From Perkinsus olseni (lineage: Eukaryota): DNA of 52,640 nt. Where the stretch lies: contig JABANN010000213.1 in NCBI GenBank assembly GCA_013115125.1, positions 1 through 52,640 on the forward strand. Direction: 5' to 3'. The notes below the pieces were generated by a model that saw only the letters and a program-made list of their open reading frames with translations, ran no database searches and was not told where the DNA came from. Of the stretch, positions 36,201-50,058 are shown in pieces (within the stretch, counting starts at the first letter, position 1; each line of letters starts with the position of its first letter). The translations under genes were made by a program, and so were the position numbers.

Positions 36201-39200
36201 CACACCATGTTGTTATAATAATAATAATCATCATAAGCAGCAGTATTGGTATTACCTTCAATACCGTAGCAGTATCGTTACGGAGATCACACGCAAAGGT
36301 GATAAAACCAGCAAACTCTAGTTCGGATTCAACTCTTGCCCTTGGCCACTTGTCACACTGAGCCATACAACAGATATTATCATCACACTACTGGTCACAG
36401 CTGCTGCTGTTGTTGTTATTACATCATGCGGTCCTTCTTTGAATGCCATTGCTAATACTCTCATACCCCTCTTAGCTAATGTACGGTAGGTTGAGAGGTA
36501 CCCCTCCGGAGCATCTTTGAGCATGCCCAGTATAGTCTCTGGTGATCCCTTCACTACGCATATCTGAATAAGTAATCATTACCACTTGCATTGCTTGAGC
36601 ACAGCTACTACGACTACTACCTTCTTATGGTCGTTGATTAGCTCCACGACGGCACTCATACGCTGTAATGCTGATGAGAAATGATGACGCGTGATGATCT
36701 TCAGTGGTGGTGTCTTCTTACTACTCATAGGGCCTGCTTAGCGATAATCATACACTACTGCTACTACTAGTTATGATATATTACCAGCAGTATTATTATG
36801 ACTATCATAATACCAATGTATAGCCTGTAGCCCTGCTAGCTCAACAGGGTCACCAAGCAACTCTCCACCACCGCCAGCAACAGCAGCAGCACTGTCCTTG
36901 TTGTTAGACTGTTGTTGTTGTTTGTTCTTGTTATCGATGGAGATAAGGGAATGACATCCTGCAATGACGTACTTAGCCGCCAAGCCCACACGTGTGGTAT
37001 CCTAAATATCATCAATACCCATTATCAACCTCCCCACCAGCAACCTACTGTATTCAGTTTATCAGCATCATCAACTTGTGGTTCACCATCACTGGGTGTT
37101 ATCTACATTACATGGTGTAAGACATAATCCTGCCTGTACTATTACCTTAGTAACAACGCCTGTACATGATAACTGGTCAGTAGTTAAGGTACCAGTCTTA
37201 TCAAAGAAGCAATGGGTTATAGTACCAGCCATAGGTACTCTATACGGCTCCGTACAGAATACCCCTATCTTGTGTAATGCCATTAATGCTGTATTCACTG
37301 CTAATGACATTTGCATTGGTAATTCTGGTGGTACCTAATGATAACAACAACAATGATAATTATAACATGATAGCTTAGTGATGATATTACGACACTAGTG
37401 ATGATCATAACACATCTCAATAGTAGTTTATACCCAGACATCTTAGTCAATTTATCAGTACCTGATGATACATTGGTACCCATGACGAGTAGGGCCGGTA
37501 TTGGTATCACCTTCACCAGATATCCTCTGATTGATAACATACCCAACTGCCATCAATGCAAATGACAGTAATAATAGCAGCAACTTCAACGTATCACGAT
37601 TATCACTCCTGATGATAACAACCACATTATATACATATGATATAGCAATGATGATTAGTATTATTATTACCTAACATCCTGCTGTGAGAACTCTATCATT
37701 CTGGTCAACTCTCCCTGTGCCGACTGTGTCCCTGTCCTCAGTACAATACATTTACAGTTAGTGGCTTGTAGCAGTGATGTGCCACTGAATAATACATGTA
37801 TTCTATCTCGACCAGTCATATCAAATGCTCGTGACATATCATCGCCATCAGTCTCTATTTCATCCTTCAATTGTGGTACAGACTCGCCAGTCAATGATGC
37901 TTCATTAACAACAGCACTGCCCTCCAGTATCAGGCAATCACATGGTATCATTGTAACTTGTTCTTGTGGTTTACGCTCAGCATTATCACCTATAACACCG
38001 CTATCACCACCGATACCCGGCTGGTATTACTTTTAGCAGTGGAAGTCTTGCTACTGCTACTGCTATTAGTATTGAAATCATTACTAAGGTTGATACGGTC
38101 GCCCGGTACCAGTTGGTCCGACATGACCGTCATCCACTGACCATCCCTCAGCACAGATATCTACCAGATGATGGAATTACTAGTAGGATCATTACTCCAT
38201 ATCATTAGTACCGGTATAATGTTTTTACCAGCCATATTCCTCAATGTTAACAGGTTACGTCTTCGTTGGAATACAGTACCCGCCTCCATACCAAATATAG
38301 ACAGGAATGTAAACACTGTGTATTTCCTGATAATATCATGCTACTACCATGATGATGATGGTGATGCTATACTTACCAATACTCATCCATCATCCATAAT
38401 AAACAGCATAATATTTGGAATATTGGTATTGGGTTTAATATCTAATAACATTGGGTACCGCAGTGCACAGCAGCAGCAGCTGGTGGTGTTGTATTACCTG
38501 ATCCCTGTAGAGGATGTAAAATGGTGGCACGGGAATGTCAACTTTATTGAAACCATAGAGATCTTGTTTACGTTGTACTTCGTCAGTTGATAATCCTTTA
38601 GTAGATGATGATTCATCTACACATATCAATACCACAACAACCGGAACTACTGCTTGATATTATTACTGGTATATTTACTAATAGGTAGGTTCATTGGACA
38701 TGTTAACATGTGCACTTCTCCAGTTGTATCATCCACACAATACTTACGACGTTGGAAGACAAAGTACCTATTAATAATCTCATCCTAGTATGCACAGGAG
38801 CAAGATTAACCCCTGTTATTACAGCGTAAAGTCTCCGTGATGGCTTCTCTTGAGCTGTACTATATCCGCCTTGCCTTGATGCTCAGGCGGCGTGCTAATA
38901 ATGATACGTCTATGTGACTGTGGTTTTTGTTGTTGTTATTACATTCTACAGTAGTTGCCAGGAGCTAGGCGGTTAGTTTTACTATATTGGACTAATGTCT
39001 TGAAGCGTATAGACCAATGTTGAGCCAATACAAACAATGCATGTACCTGATGATGATGATGGCCTCCTGAGTGATACCACTCCTCCCGTGTACTACCAAT
39101 AATGAAGCAACAATGGCCAGTGCTGCTGTTGGTGATGGTGCCCATTGTGATGGTAATGGCCGGTCCTCGGTTGATTCTAGTGTTGATAACTCCAGTACAG

Positions 39201-39414
39201 TACCATTATTAATAGCATCCTGTATCAGCTCATCGACAACCGCTTTATAGGGCTCACCACTGGTCGAGAGTACCCTCATCAATGCAATACCATGCAGTAT
39301 GATAAATAGTGCAGTAAAGGTACTTGCCTTGGCTGGCACTCGTCTAAGTAGGGTAACATCTCTTAAGCCACCATCAATGCACTTCAGGTTGGATGATGAT
39401 ACTAGATTAGGCAT
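33238..39414 (-). CDS. ATP13A1: P5A-type ATPase (Spf1/ATP13A1), many exons
   Basis: [49 protein letters not shown] (phosphorylation site), [50 protein letters not shown]. Confidence 0.96.
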
Positions 39415-39646
39415 ACGAAGAATGACAACAACAAACAACAACTAAGGGGTGGTGGCCAGTCTACGAGGTTATATCCCGGTAAGATGGGTACATGACTATC
39501 TTTGTGCTTCCTACACACCACGGCTACTGTACTCCTCCTAATGCTTCACTGGATGACGGTAATCACCCTCTGAGACAAGATAGGGACAGCGAGGGGGCGA
39601 TTTTCTGACGATTTTATTATGAGAACTCGAAGGAATAGCGACCGCC

Positions 39647-42600
39647 ATGACGATCGATAACTTGATAGTTGGTGGTTGGGCCATTCGCCGGTATGATGAC
39701 TGACTATACACTACCACCTAGCGAGGCCGAAGGTACTATCTGTTGGTATTAGCATACATGACGGTAATGATGATGATCAGTCGGTATCAAGCTATACTTG
39801 GACCATGATAATAAGGAGGATGGTGGTGATGATAGGCATATAACCCTACCATGTTTATTCAAACATAGATTTCAGGACTTCCATGTGTAATAATAGTATA
39901 TTACTAATATGTAATATCATTATAGTCAGTTATGAGATCCCCGATGGTCCTACCTCGTCGTCTCCCTTACATCTAACGGAACTATGGACTAAGGACAGGG
40001 TTGTACAGGAGATAAGGGATAAACGAGAAAGGGAGGATAATCTGCAGAATACATTGTAGTGACCGTAACCTTACTATTACTACTAGTAGTGGTACTGTTG
40101 TCAGAGGACCGGACTATCAGATCACCGACCAGCAGTTGGATAGTATCAACGCTTGTTTAACGGAGGAGGATAAGGATAAGTTGGTGGCATTCTTAAAGAC
40201 CTCGCGGAATGGTAATAACATCACGGCTCCTAACCGTCGACATCATCACCATCATCGTCAGATGCTAATGCACCTAAGTACTGCTTATTGGATGGTGATA
40301 CCATCCAGGACAAGCCAGGCAGAACTAAAGTGCATCAGTAGTAGGAGTTGGCGTAACCATGCTAGCAATGTGTTGCTATCAGGTTGATCAAGACGCAATT
40401 CCCATCAGGGATGTTTATTACTGATACAGTGGATCCTTGTACTGATACTAATGATAGACATCAGATAAGAGTGTGGATCAAGAAGGACTTCACCATCGGC
40501 CAAAAGTAGCATTCCCCCCCCCCTCGATACTACCACTGGGACGACTACTCTCAGGCGAGCGAGGGAGCTAGCTGCTGCCACCAGTGACGAGGGTAATGAT
40601 AAAAAGAGACGACGTGATGGTAGACATAGAAAAGGGAGGAAACAGGCTGCTGGCGGTGGTGACAAGAAGCAATCATCAACCAAGCAAGATCTACCACAAG
40701 CAAGATATGACCCCTGGCCGAAGGATCAGCCTGACTATCTATATTTCAATATGTATAAAGAGAATAGGGATACTGCAGAGGCGGTATCATCAATATCCCG
40801 AGCTATGGGAAAGAAGAACACGAAGGCATTTACCGTAGCAGGAACTAAGGTAGGGAGTATTACTACATCTAAATGACTGTGCTTACCGACATCATCAGGA
40901 TCGTCGTGGTGTTACTGTGCAACATGTCTGTATGTGGAGGACTTATGCAGAGCAAGTTAAACGTGCTATGTTGAGCGGGTAGTAATGATAGTACTACTGC
41001 CGTTGATGGTAGCCTGTCATCATTATCAGGCAATGGGATAAGTTCGTACGCCTCTCCGACTTCCACTACCGTCCACAGAAACTATCCCTAGGTAACACTG
41101 ATGATGATAGTTTGGGATTATTGAATGGTCATCAGGTATGTTATATGGTAATAGGTTTTATGTTGCATTGAGAGGTATCAAAGAGTGTCCAAGTGAAGAG
41201 GGCCTTACCAAAGCCTTCAATGCCCTATCGACTAAGGGCTTCATCAATTACTTCGGGATGCAAAGGTTTGGTAAGACTACTACCACTACAGGCAGTCGAT
41301 GGTCATGATGATGGCTGTAGGTACACAGCTAACTAGGACCTATGAGATAGGACAAGCAATGGTAGCTCGGGATTGGGTGAAGGCAGTTAGGCTCATTATG
41401 GGCGAGACCTCGATACTACGATCACAGCAGGAAGGTGAGTCTGGTTGAGGCATGCTGCTCAACAACAACAACAACAACATTGTTGTAGTACTCTGTTAGA
41501 TAACGAGGAGGGTAGCAGAGGGGATATGATTGATAAAGCAAGAAGGGCTTATCTTATTGACAACGATCCTGAGAAGTCCCTTAAGTTGATGCCTCGAATG
41601 ATGCATATAGAGAGGAAGATAATCACTTCACTTGCCAAGGGTAGTATGGCACTTGTACATCATCATGACGATGACGCTCATGGCGATGATGATGATCAGA
41701 TCCCAATGGGCATCTAGCAGCACTACAACAGTTACCAACACCAACACTCTCCCTTTACGTCCATTCAGTAATACTAACCATACTGCCGGTCTTGGCCGTG
41801 GTGATGCAGGTGTTATCGTCTTCATCATCAGTTACAATCGTTCGTGTGGAATCATGCAGTCACCCACAGACTCGAGGCCTATGGTCCGACCATCGTCGTT
41901 GGAGATATCGTCCTATCCAATACACGGGATGATACAGGAAAAGGAGACAATGATGATGAGTATGCAGGTATGAGTAGAGCTATGATGATAATCATGCTAT
42001 TGCATGCAGACAACAAGGGCCTGCTACTACTACTGCTAGTAGTGATGATGATGATACTACAGAGGATGATGGATGCCTCAAGGGTGCTCACAGCGATGAT
42101 GATGAAGGCATGACTAGGACTGATAATAGGAAGGTAAGTACACCCGTGATGGGGTGTATAATAAGTGCATAATAATCACCAACAGGAGCAGCATCATCAT
42201 CATCATGATCAGGTTGTGCATATAACGGTCGATAACATATCAGACTATAGTATATATGACGTAGTACTACCCCTTCCTGGGTCTAATACCGAGTACCCAG
42301 AGAATATGCAGCAATGGTGAGGCAAAGATGGTGGTACCACATCATCATCATCTACTACTACTACTACTACCGTCAGGTACAAGGACTTCACTTCGACTGC
42401 ATTGGGTCTATCCTTATTGGATGACTTTAAGTCATGTACAACCAGCGGGGGAGTCTTCAATCTACCCGGATCATATAGGAATATACTAGAGAGGGCTGAG
42501 GATGTGGAATATGAAGTTATACAACCCGAGAGAGCACTTGATAGGGTAATAATAACAACAACGATGACAGCATTATCGCAGGGAGTGTGTTGACTATTAG

Positions 42601-42913
42601 ACGCTGATACCAACTGATATCGATAAGATAACCAAACGTGATTATACTGAGGAGAAGTTGACTGGTGATAAAGACAAGACGATACTTGAGGGTACATATA
42701 GTATAGCGTTCAAGACTACACTCAAGTCTGGTAATAATGTGGATGGTGATGGTGGTGGTGGTGGTGGTCTTATTATTATTATCTGTCATGTTTATATTGG
42801 TAGGTACATATCTTACTATGGCATTACGTGAGTTAACCAGACAAGATACCTCTCGTAACTCTATGCGTATTAGTGATTCGACCATACTCACAGATAACAA
42901 CAAGAAGAAGTGA
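39647..42913 (+). CDS. PUS7: Pseudouridine synthase 7 (TruD family)
   Basis: FKHRFQDFHV.EI, YLYFNMYKENRDT, AGTK|DRRGVTVQ, GFINYFGMQRFG, YDVVLPLPG, LPGSYRNIL, GTYLTMALREL. Confidence 0.95.
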
Positions 42914-43051
42914 CTGTGATAACGATTTACCAACGATTGTTGCCTCTATCAACGTTAAGAGTTTCCATTAGCCTTCAGTATTTTGTTCTACACTCTATCA
43001 TTCTTATCGCAGTATCTTCCTCTCCTGTGGCAATACAGTATTGCAAGCATC

Positions 43052-43557
43052 ATGGCTGACTCCGCTACTACTGCTAATCAGACTGATGAGGTTAATCGTG
43101 ACAAGTTCGAGAGTGGTCCATTGAGTCTACTTACTAAGGCATGTGAAGAGAACAGTCAGGTAGCACTCAACAGCAGCAGCACTATCAGTACTATCACCTA
43201 TACTACCACTACTATCATATCATAGGTACTTATAAATTGCCGTAATAACAGGAAGATCTTGGCCAGGGTAAAGGCATTCGATAGGCATTTGAACATGGTT
43301 TTGGAGAATGTAACAACTCCACTGCTGTTGTTAATACTGCTATCATTGGGTCGGTAATCAGGTACGTGAGTTGTGGACGGAGGTACCCAAGGGCGGTTCC
43401 AGTAAGAAGCCTGTTAATAAGGACAGGTACTCATCCTCATTGCCATGCCTGATGATGATAAGGCCTAGTGTTATTATTCAGGTTTGTGAGTAAGATGTTC
43501 CTCAGAGGTGATTCAGTTATCATGGTACTACGTAATCCCAAGGCAAAGCAGCAGTGA
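43052..43557 (+). CDS. SNRPD2: Small nuclear ribonucleoprotein Sm D2, 4 exons
   Basis: Spliced: ...[92 protein letters not shown]. Confidence 0.97.
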
Positions 43558-43805
43558 AGATGATAATGATTAACGTATTCCTACTACCGAAGATGATGGT
43601 TATAGAGGTTATAGTACTGTAGTATACAGTAATGGTATACTATTGTTATTAGCAATGATAACACTACTGTGACTCTCGTAACATCAATCACCATTATCAT
43701 CATCAGAACAAGAACAGAACTAGTCTCGTCTATTACGTATTGTCGTACTACAGTGGAGTCAATTAGTTAATTCACACAATCGAAGATACGTTATTCGCTG
43801 CATTG

Positions 43806-45416
43806 ATGATGATACATCAACAAAGGACAACGACGACGCGAAGACGTCGAAGGTGGTACCGCCCATCCGCTATTATAATCACGATGCTGATTGCACTGAA
43901 ACTGATGAATGATAATGACACAGCGGCCCTTGAAGTGGATCTAGAGGCCGATACTAGGCAAGCATGCCCTCATGAATATTATGATAATGTTGGACCATAC
44001 ACGACAGTTGAAGAAGGTATATATTACGAACACTTGTTACATGCTTATGATATGCTTATTATTATTATCATAGGGGCCGTGATATACCGGGAGATTAGAC
44101 GAAATCAAACCCATAGGTTCTATTATGAGAACTATAATATCACTACTATGAACCAGCCATCCGAGTAATGGTATCATCATCAGCAAGGAGTCATCATTGT
44201 TAATGAGAGCAGATACCGAAAAGTTATAATACATCTACAGCCGTGCAGGGGTGTGGTATATATGATGGTCAGGAGGACCAGACCATGCTGGCCCAATCCC
44301 TACTCCTGTATCACAGCAGATAACAATGGTGGTAACGACGATGTCAATGATATTGGAGGAATAATCACTTCAGATAATAATGAATGTGAATGGACCCACT
44401 TTATGTCAGCAATCGATGGTAGCAGAGATGGTGCTCCAACATACTTTGAGGTCCCTCATACCAGTACTTTGATAATACACGATGATCATGAGCGTCATCA
44501 TCATAGTATTAGGTACACGTTACTTTATATCGGTATACGCAGCGGACAACGCAGCCTATACTCTCACATTACTAGCGGGTAGTACTTGTTATTACACCGG
44601 ATGATGATGCCCAGCGTCTGTTGTAAAGGTATGTTTAGATATTGGAGCTTTACCGAGGCCCGGTGGTGGAGGGAAGATAACAGGGACACAGATAGACGAA
44701 CTTAAGTTATTATTACAGCCACTGTCACGAGTACTCTTATTGTAGCATCAACGCAGGTATCATTGTCATGGGAAGGAGCTTACTTCTCACCTTTAGGAGT
44801 ATCAGAAATAGATAAGTAAAGATATCATCATGCTCATCGTGAGCTTGAGGTTGTTGGTATCTTGTCAGATATTATATATATTCAACCATGTTACTCGATA
44901 CCGACAATCGTACTAACACAGCAGTCTTCATACGCCCTGATAAAGTGCTTAATACAGTATGTGGACTACATAATAACACCGACAGAGAGTGATGATGATG
45001 CTAATGATAATCAACAACAACAACTCTAATAATAACAGTGTTCCAATACTCCTCTATAGATACTCCACTGTGGATCCATCAACATGTGTGCAGAGCCCGG
45101 AGGATACAACTGTCGAAGGGCTTCTTGCTACACGATGTACAACAGAGATATCTGGTGTGATGGCCCAGAAGAGGTATCCTTCCAATGCATTCGATACCGA
45201 TGTTGTTGTTATTGTCTCAGGTACATATTCAATGTTATTGTGGAGTCCAAAAGAGGGTATATGATGGCATACAGCGGGATAATCATGGAAACTGATTGGA
45301 TAATATATACCAAAGCAGCAAGTGACAAGACATTACAATTAGTCGGTGGGGTTATGGGAACTGTTATTGGTATCATAGTTGTGGGGTACTTATGGCTTGT
45401 TAAGGTATACAACTAG
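43806..45416 (+). CDS. Single-pass (type I-like) membrane protein with NDNF/DUF2369-like and FN3-like extracellular region
   Basis: N-terminal hydrophobic segment; exons YRKVIIHLQPCRGVVYMMVRRTRPCWPNPYSC, LPRPGGGGKITG..QVSLSWEG, KVLNTVCGLHNN and YIFNVIVESKRGYMMAYSG; C-terminal TM LVGGVMGTVIGIIVVGYLWLV. The family call is by motif resemblance only. Confidence 0.65.
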
Positions 45417-45504
45417 AACGAACATGAGTGTAGCGTTCATAATGGATGATATGATAGTACTTGAGTATATGAGTGAATGAGGATAGTTAGTATTACTAAT
45501 AATA

Positions 45505-46834
45505 ATGTCTATCGAACTCCAAAAGCAAATAAGAGATAACGGCTCTGATATACGGGCGTATTTCAAAGACCTCAATAACTGGACTCGTGAAATGAAAACG
45601 AAACAGGGTGGTAGTTTGGAGGAACGAAATGAGAAGACAACTGATGAGGGTAATAGCGGAAATATTAAGATCATGAACAAACGGGTATTCATATCAGGCG
45701 TACAGCAAAAGGAGAAGCACACCAATCTTGGAGAGTTGTCCAGAGACAGCGCCAAGGATATGTAAGTTGGTACCATCAATGATAATACGCTCACAATGTG
45801 TCAGGCGATCGTATCATGAAGCATGGGAGAGGTTGGATGTCGATGACGAATGCAATAAGGTTGATTATTATGATACTCCCGTCGTCGAGCAGAAGGAGGC
45901 AGTGCCCCCTCCGCTCACATCGAGGGTTACGGGTGTGGCTCCAGAGAGACGAAAGATAAACATAAGAAGGGTGGCTAGTAGGAAAGGGAAAATAGATTAT
46001 GCTGTTGAATCGAAGGAAAGGGGGAATACATATTATAAAAGAGGGTAAGGTAGTACACATACGTTGTTGTAATTATCAACTTTAGGCAACATAAGTCCGC
46101 CCTGAGGGAGTATCGTCTCGGATTGACCTACCTAACTGGCGATGGACAAGAAGACGAGGAGAGGGATCTCACCGTAACTCTGTATAACAATATATCAGCA
46201 GTACTTTGCAAGCTGAGCGAATATGCAGATGCCGTGAAGGCTGCTGATGATGTGAGTATGATGACGGATAATGAAAATACCGATACCCTCTTTCAGGCAC
46301 TGAAAATAAAGCCCACCTGTTCGAAGTCCTTTTACAGGAGAGGGTACGCTCTGACCAGGATGAAACGTTGGCGGTTGGCTAACCGCGATTTGGAAAAGTC
46401 CGGCGAGTTAAGGGCTGATGACGACGGCCAACCCTCTCCGGAGGACTCGGCTTTCACTGAGCTGAAAGAGGTAATAGTACCATAACAATGGAACGTGATG
46501 TTATGCATGCTCTGGTTAGTTCGTAGACCGTCAAGTGGACGGGCAGAAGTTGATGGAAAGGGAGGAAGCTATTCGGATGATAACCAATGCACAACGTAAA
46601 GTTAGCGAAGGAAAACTTATTAAAATATTCGTGAGTGATGTGAAAGAGAAGAAGAAAACGACAGAAGGGGGAAAGGATGTAATGGTCGATGAATCGCCGA
46701 AGGATGAATCTTCGAAGGAGGAGAGTAAACCTGAGGAGTATGTTCCAAAAGCTTTAAGGATTCGCAAAGCACTCGGAGGTAGTAATAGAAGAGATGATGC
46801 TTTGAAGAAGGCGCTTGGTGTGTATTATTCATGA
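45505..46834 (+). CDS. RPAP3/Spaghetti-like TPR co-chaperone (short form)
   Basis: N-terminus MSIELQKQIRDNGSDIRAYFKDLNNW and YHEAWERLDVDDE resemble the RPAP3 N-terminus; one TPR clamp (KERGNTYYKRG, LYNNISAVLCKLSEY, KSFYRRGYA). Confidence 0.75.
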
Positions 46835-46959
46835 TCGATTAACATGTTGAGTTATTCGAGTTGTGGTGATAGACACTGTGTAACACAACAATTCATTATG
46901 AGAATGTAAATAAAAGACGCTGAGTAACAATGCTGCTGCTGCTGCTTTCCTATCACCAT

Positions 46960-49424
46960 CTACTTCGCCCCGTCGTCGCCGAAGTTGCTGCCTGCAGGAA
47001 TACGACCATCAACTGATCATTGGTCATCAATATTACCAAACCCGCTGGACTTCGGAGTGGGCTGCAATTGTTCTTTATTAACGGCTGATGGAACTCCTTT
47101 ATTAGATCTAGTCACTTGATCGATCCATTGCCTATTACCGCTCGTTGCACTCGGTGGCAAGTCGCGTTCAATACCACTATTGGTAAACTACGACACCAAT
47201 AACAATACTAGAGTGAAAGGGTAGTACTAGGCGTTACCTTATCAGTATCAGGCTTGGTATTGAGGACAGTCAGCTCATCATTCAAACTCTTCTTGGTGGC
47301 ATTCTGTTTAGCAGTCTGAAGGGTTATACCAATAATGTCGCAATTATTTCTTTTACGACTCACCTCAACCTCATCCCTTTTCAGTTGAGAATAATCGGAT
47401 ATAACCGCAGACGTCTGGACTTGTTCCTCCTTCAGCCGCGACACTTCTGCTTTATGCTCCTCCGCGGCCTCTCGTCTCTGCTGGTCTAGTTGCCTGGTCT
47501 GGGCCTGGATCGCCTCCACTTGGTGTTGAAGCTGCATCTGCTGTTGACTCAACAAAGTCACTGACGCTGTACCATCGTCCAGTAACTGAGATACTATTAA
47601 TCATACTGGGAACAGTAGGGACCATGATGATTATGAACTGACCGATTGCAGATGTTTTATCTCAGCCTCGAGATGAGCCCTATCCCTCCTCAGTGATATC
47701 TGCTCCAAGTTGACTTCCCTTCTTTGTTTATTCACACGGTCGAGTTCTTCATTATCCTCATCAGTTTGCCTAACATCAGATGACTAATGCCATAGACGAT
47801 GACACCACTACTACCGTTGGAGGTACTTCAACTGACTCTCTTTAACTTGAACATCAACATTCAGCCTCGAATTCTCCACTTCCAGTTGTCCGCACATATC
47901 CATGATATGTTGTAACTCCTCATTAGCAGCATCAATTGATTCCGTTAACTGCAGATGGATGGTGATGGTGGCGGCCCTACTCCCCTCATATTAGTACTTC
48001 TTTCGACAATCTTTTATCTTCCTCTACTGCACTTTCCAAACATATACCACTCGCTACAGGAACTCTGTTACCATCCTTATCCTGTAGGCTAGTAGTAAAC
48101 ATATTACTATTGGCCGGCATGTACCTTGGAATGCATCATTGAGGGAAGGGAAGGGAGCGCAAATTAGGTAGTATTACTTCCAATAATCTGCATCCTCATC
48201 GTAACCTGTTGTCGTAGGACCAGGAGTGTTGGTCGGTGTGGGCCTAGTGTGAATATTATAGCACTACCACCACCACCAAAGGGTGTTGCTACTTTCTAGT
48301 CGCATCATCATTACGGTTACCAAAGGTGGGTGATGATGATGCTGTTGGCTGGTGATGATGCTGCTTATAATCATCATCGTCCAACTTATCAACTAGCGAT
48401 CTAACAGGTATCGACTCTCCAATGAGGTCCTGTAATGATTTAGGTAAGGTGGCTGGTACAGCGTATCCTGCAGCAGCAGCAGCATACCGGGGTCCACTCT
48501 TCATTACTATCCATTATTACCCTTCTTGCATTTACTTATCAACTGCATGGCTACCATGAACTCATTAAGATTAAGCTTACCATCCTTATCCTACCATCAA
48601 CTTATCACTCACAACATCATCACCACTCATTTTTACTTGATCAGCCAACTCCCACAATAAGCTCAAAGTTTGCTTGCTAAGTTTACTCTTCTCAAATATA
48701 CTTCTACCAACCTTCCCCGAGATGTATCCGCTTCTTTTAGGGTCAGACGCCAAGAACAATGATGAGTATCTGCGAATGACAATAATAGTACTATCATTGC
48801 TGAGTTGTTGATACTACTTCTGTTTGTCCTCATCAGTGAGAGCCCACTTGTCCTGGGTTTTCGACTTCCCCCCAGTCGCAGGCCCTGCATACAGCTAATC
48901 CCCCCCCACTACTCCTTCTACTACTACCATCACTCTCCTCCTTGTTGCTGTCCTCGTTGAGGTGTGATGTTCTCGGTACGAAGTCCAGAGGGTCCATACC
49001 AAGGTCCTTCATTGACATAGCCAACTTGGCTGCATCTTTCGGCCGCATCTCAGTAGTACCTGACCCCGCCATGTGTACAATAATGATAATGACATATCGA
49101 TATTACCCAAGCTAGGTGGAACATTCGTTGCTGACGGTTGGTTATCAAAGGGAGTAGCATCCTGCTGATCCTTAGCAATGGTAGTTGATGATGACAACAT
49201 ATTATTGAACAATCCTGAAGGGCGACAATGGTATTACATCAGTATTATTATTGTTGTTGTTGTCAATAATAATACCATCAAAAATAGGGAGGCTGGCTGG
49301 TTCGAGGTTGAGGAGGGAGGGATCCACCGACGATGCTCCTGATTGCATGTGGGCTATCAATCGGCAAACCATATTGAATTCTGATAAGAAGAAGAAGATC
49401 ATGTATCGAGTGGCAGCGGAATAG

Positions 49425-49499
<75 letters not shown>

Positions 49500-49896
49500 C
49501 ATTCTGATCTAGCTTCCCTTGCTGCTGCCTGTCTGCTATGGCCCATATCTGATGGAGTGTGTTCCTTGACAACCCCGATAGTTGTAATACAGATGCAGCT
49601 TTTGGGCCTGATAATTACGAATGGAGTGGTATGATGATATTGATAATAGTAATGATGGTAATACTACCGGATATATAATCCCCCATATCAGGCCCAGCCA
49701 GCTGCCATATTGTTGCATAGTAGGAAGATTCTTGTGGTGATAACTTCATCATCATCATCATCTGTTGCTGCTGGTCCCCTCCTGTTGTTGATGATACCAC
49801 CGGTGCTGGAGGGTGGGTTACACTTCGCGGGGATGATGAGCTGAAGAAGCCCTCTTGCTGTTGTTGTGGCTGATGTTGTTGTTGTTGAGTATACAT
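46960..49896 (-). CDS. EH-domain endocytic adaptor (Eps15/Ede1-like) with coiled coil
   Basis: EH1: YIS|GPKAASVLQLSGLSRNTLHQIWAIAD...GKLD..EF. EH2: RGRLVEVYLRRVNLASKL region/LWELAD..DKDGKLNLNEFMVAMQLI...VPATLP. A long coiled coil follows. Confidence 0.88.
49425..49499. repeat. (TAC)25 microsatellite, intronic in the EH-domain gene
   Basis: Perfect 75-nt trinucleotide run that begins at the intron donor after ...LDQN; explains the poly-Val ORF. Confidence 0.95.
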
Positions 49897-50058
49897 TTGG
49901 TAATGATTGAATAAAATTACAACAACTACTACTGCAAGAAGGATGGGCTACCGTGAAAGTGTCGTCAATGACTAACTTGAGCAACGCAACAACAAGACAG
50001 CATCTATTCACACATGGATAAGCTGAATAAGCATGGTGATTGGTCGAGGGATGCCCCA

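Noticed and set aside
49278..49502. Poly-valine ORF
   Set aside because: Translation of the intronic (TAC)25 microsatellite.
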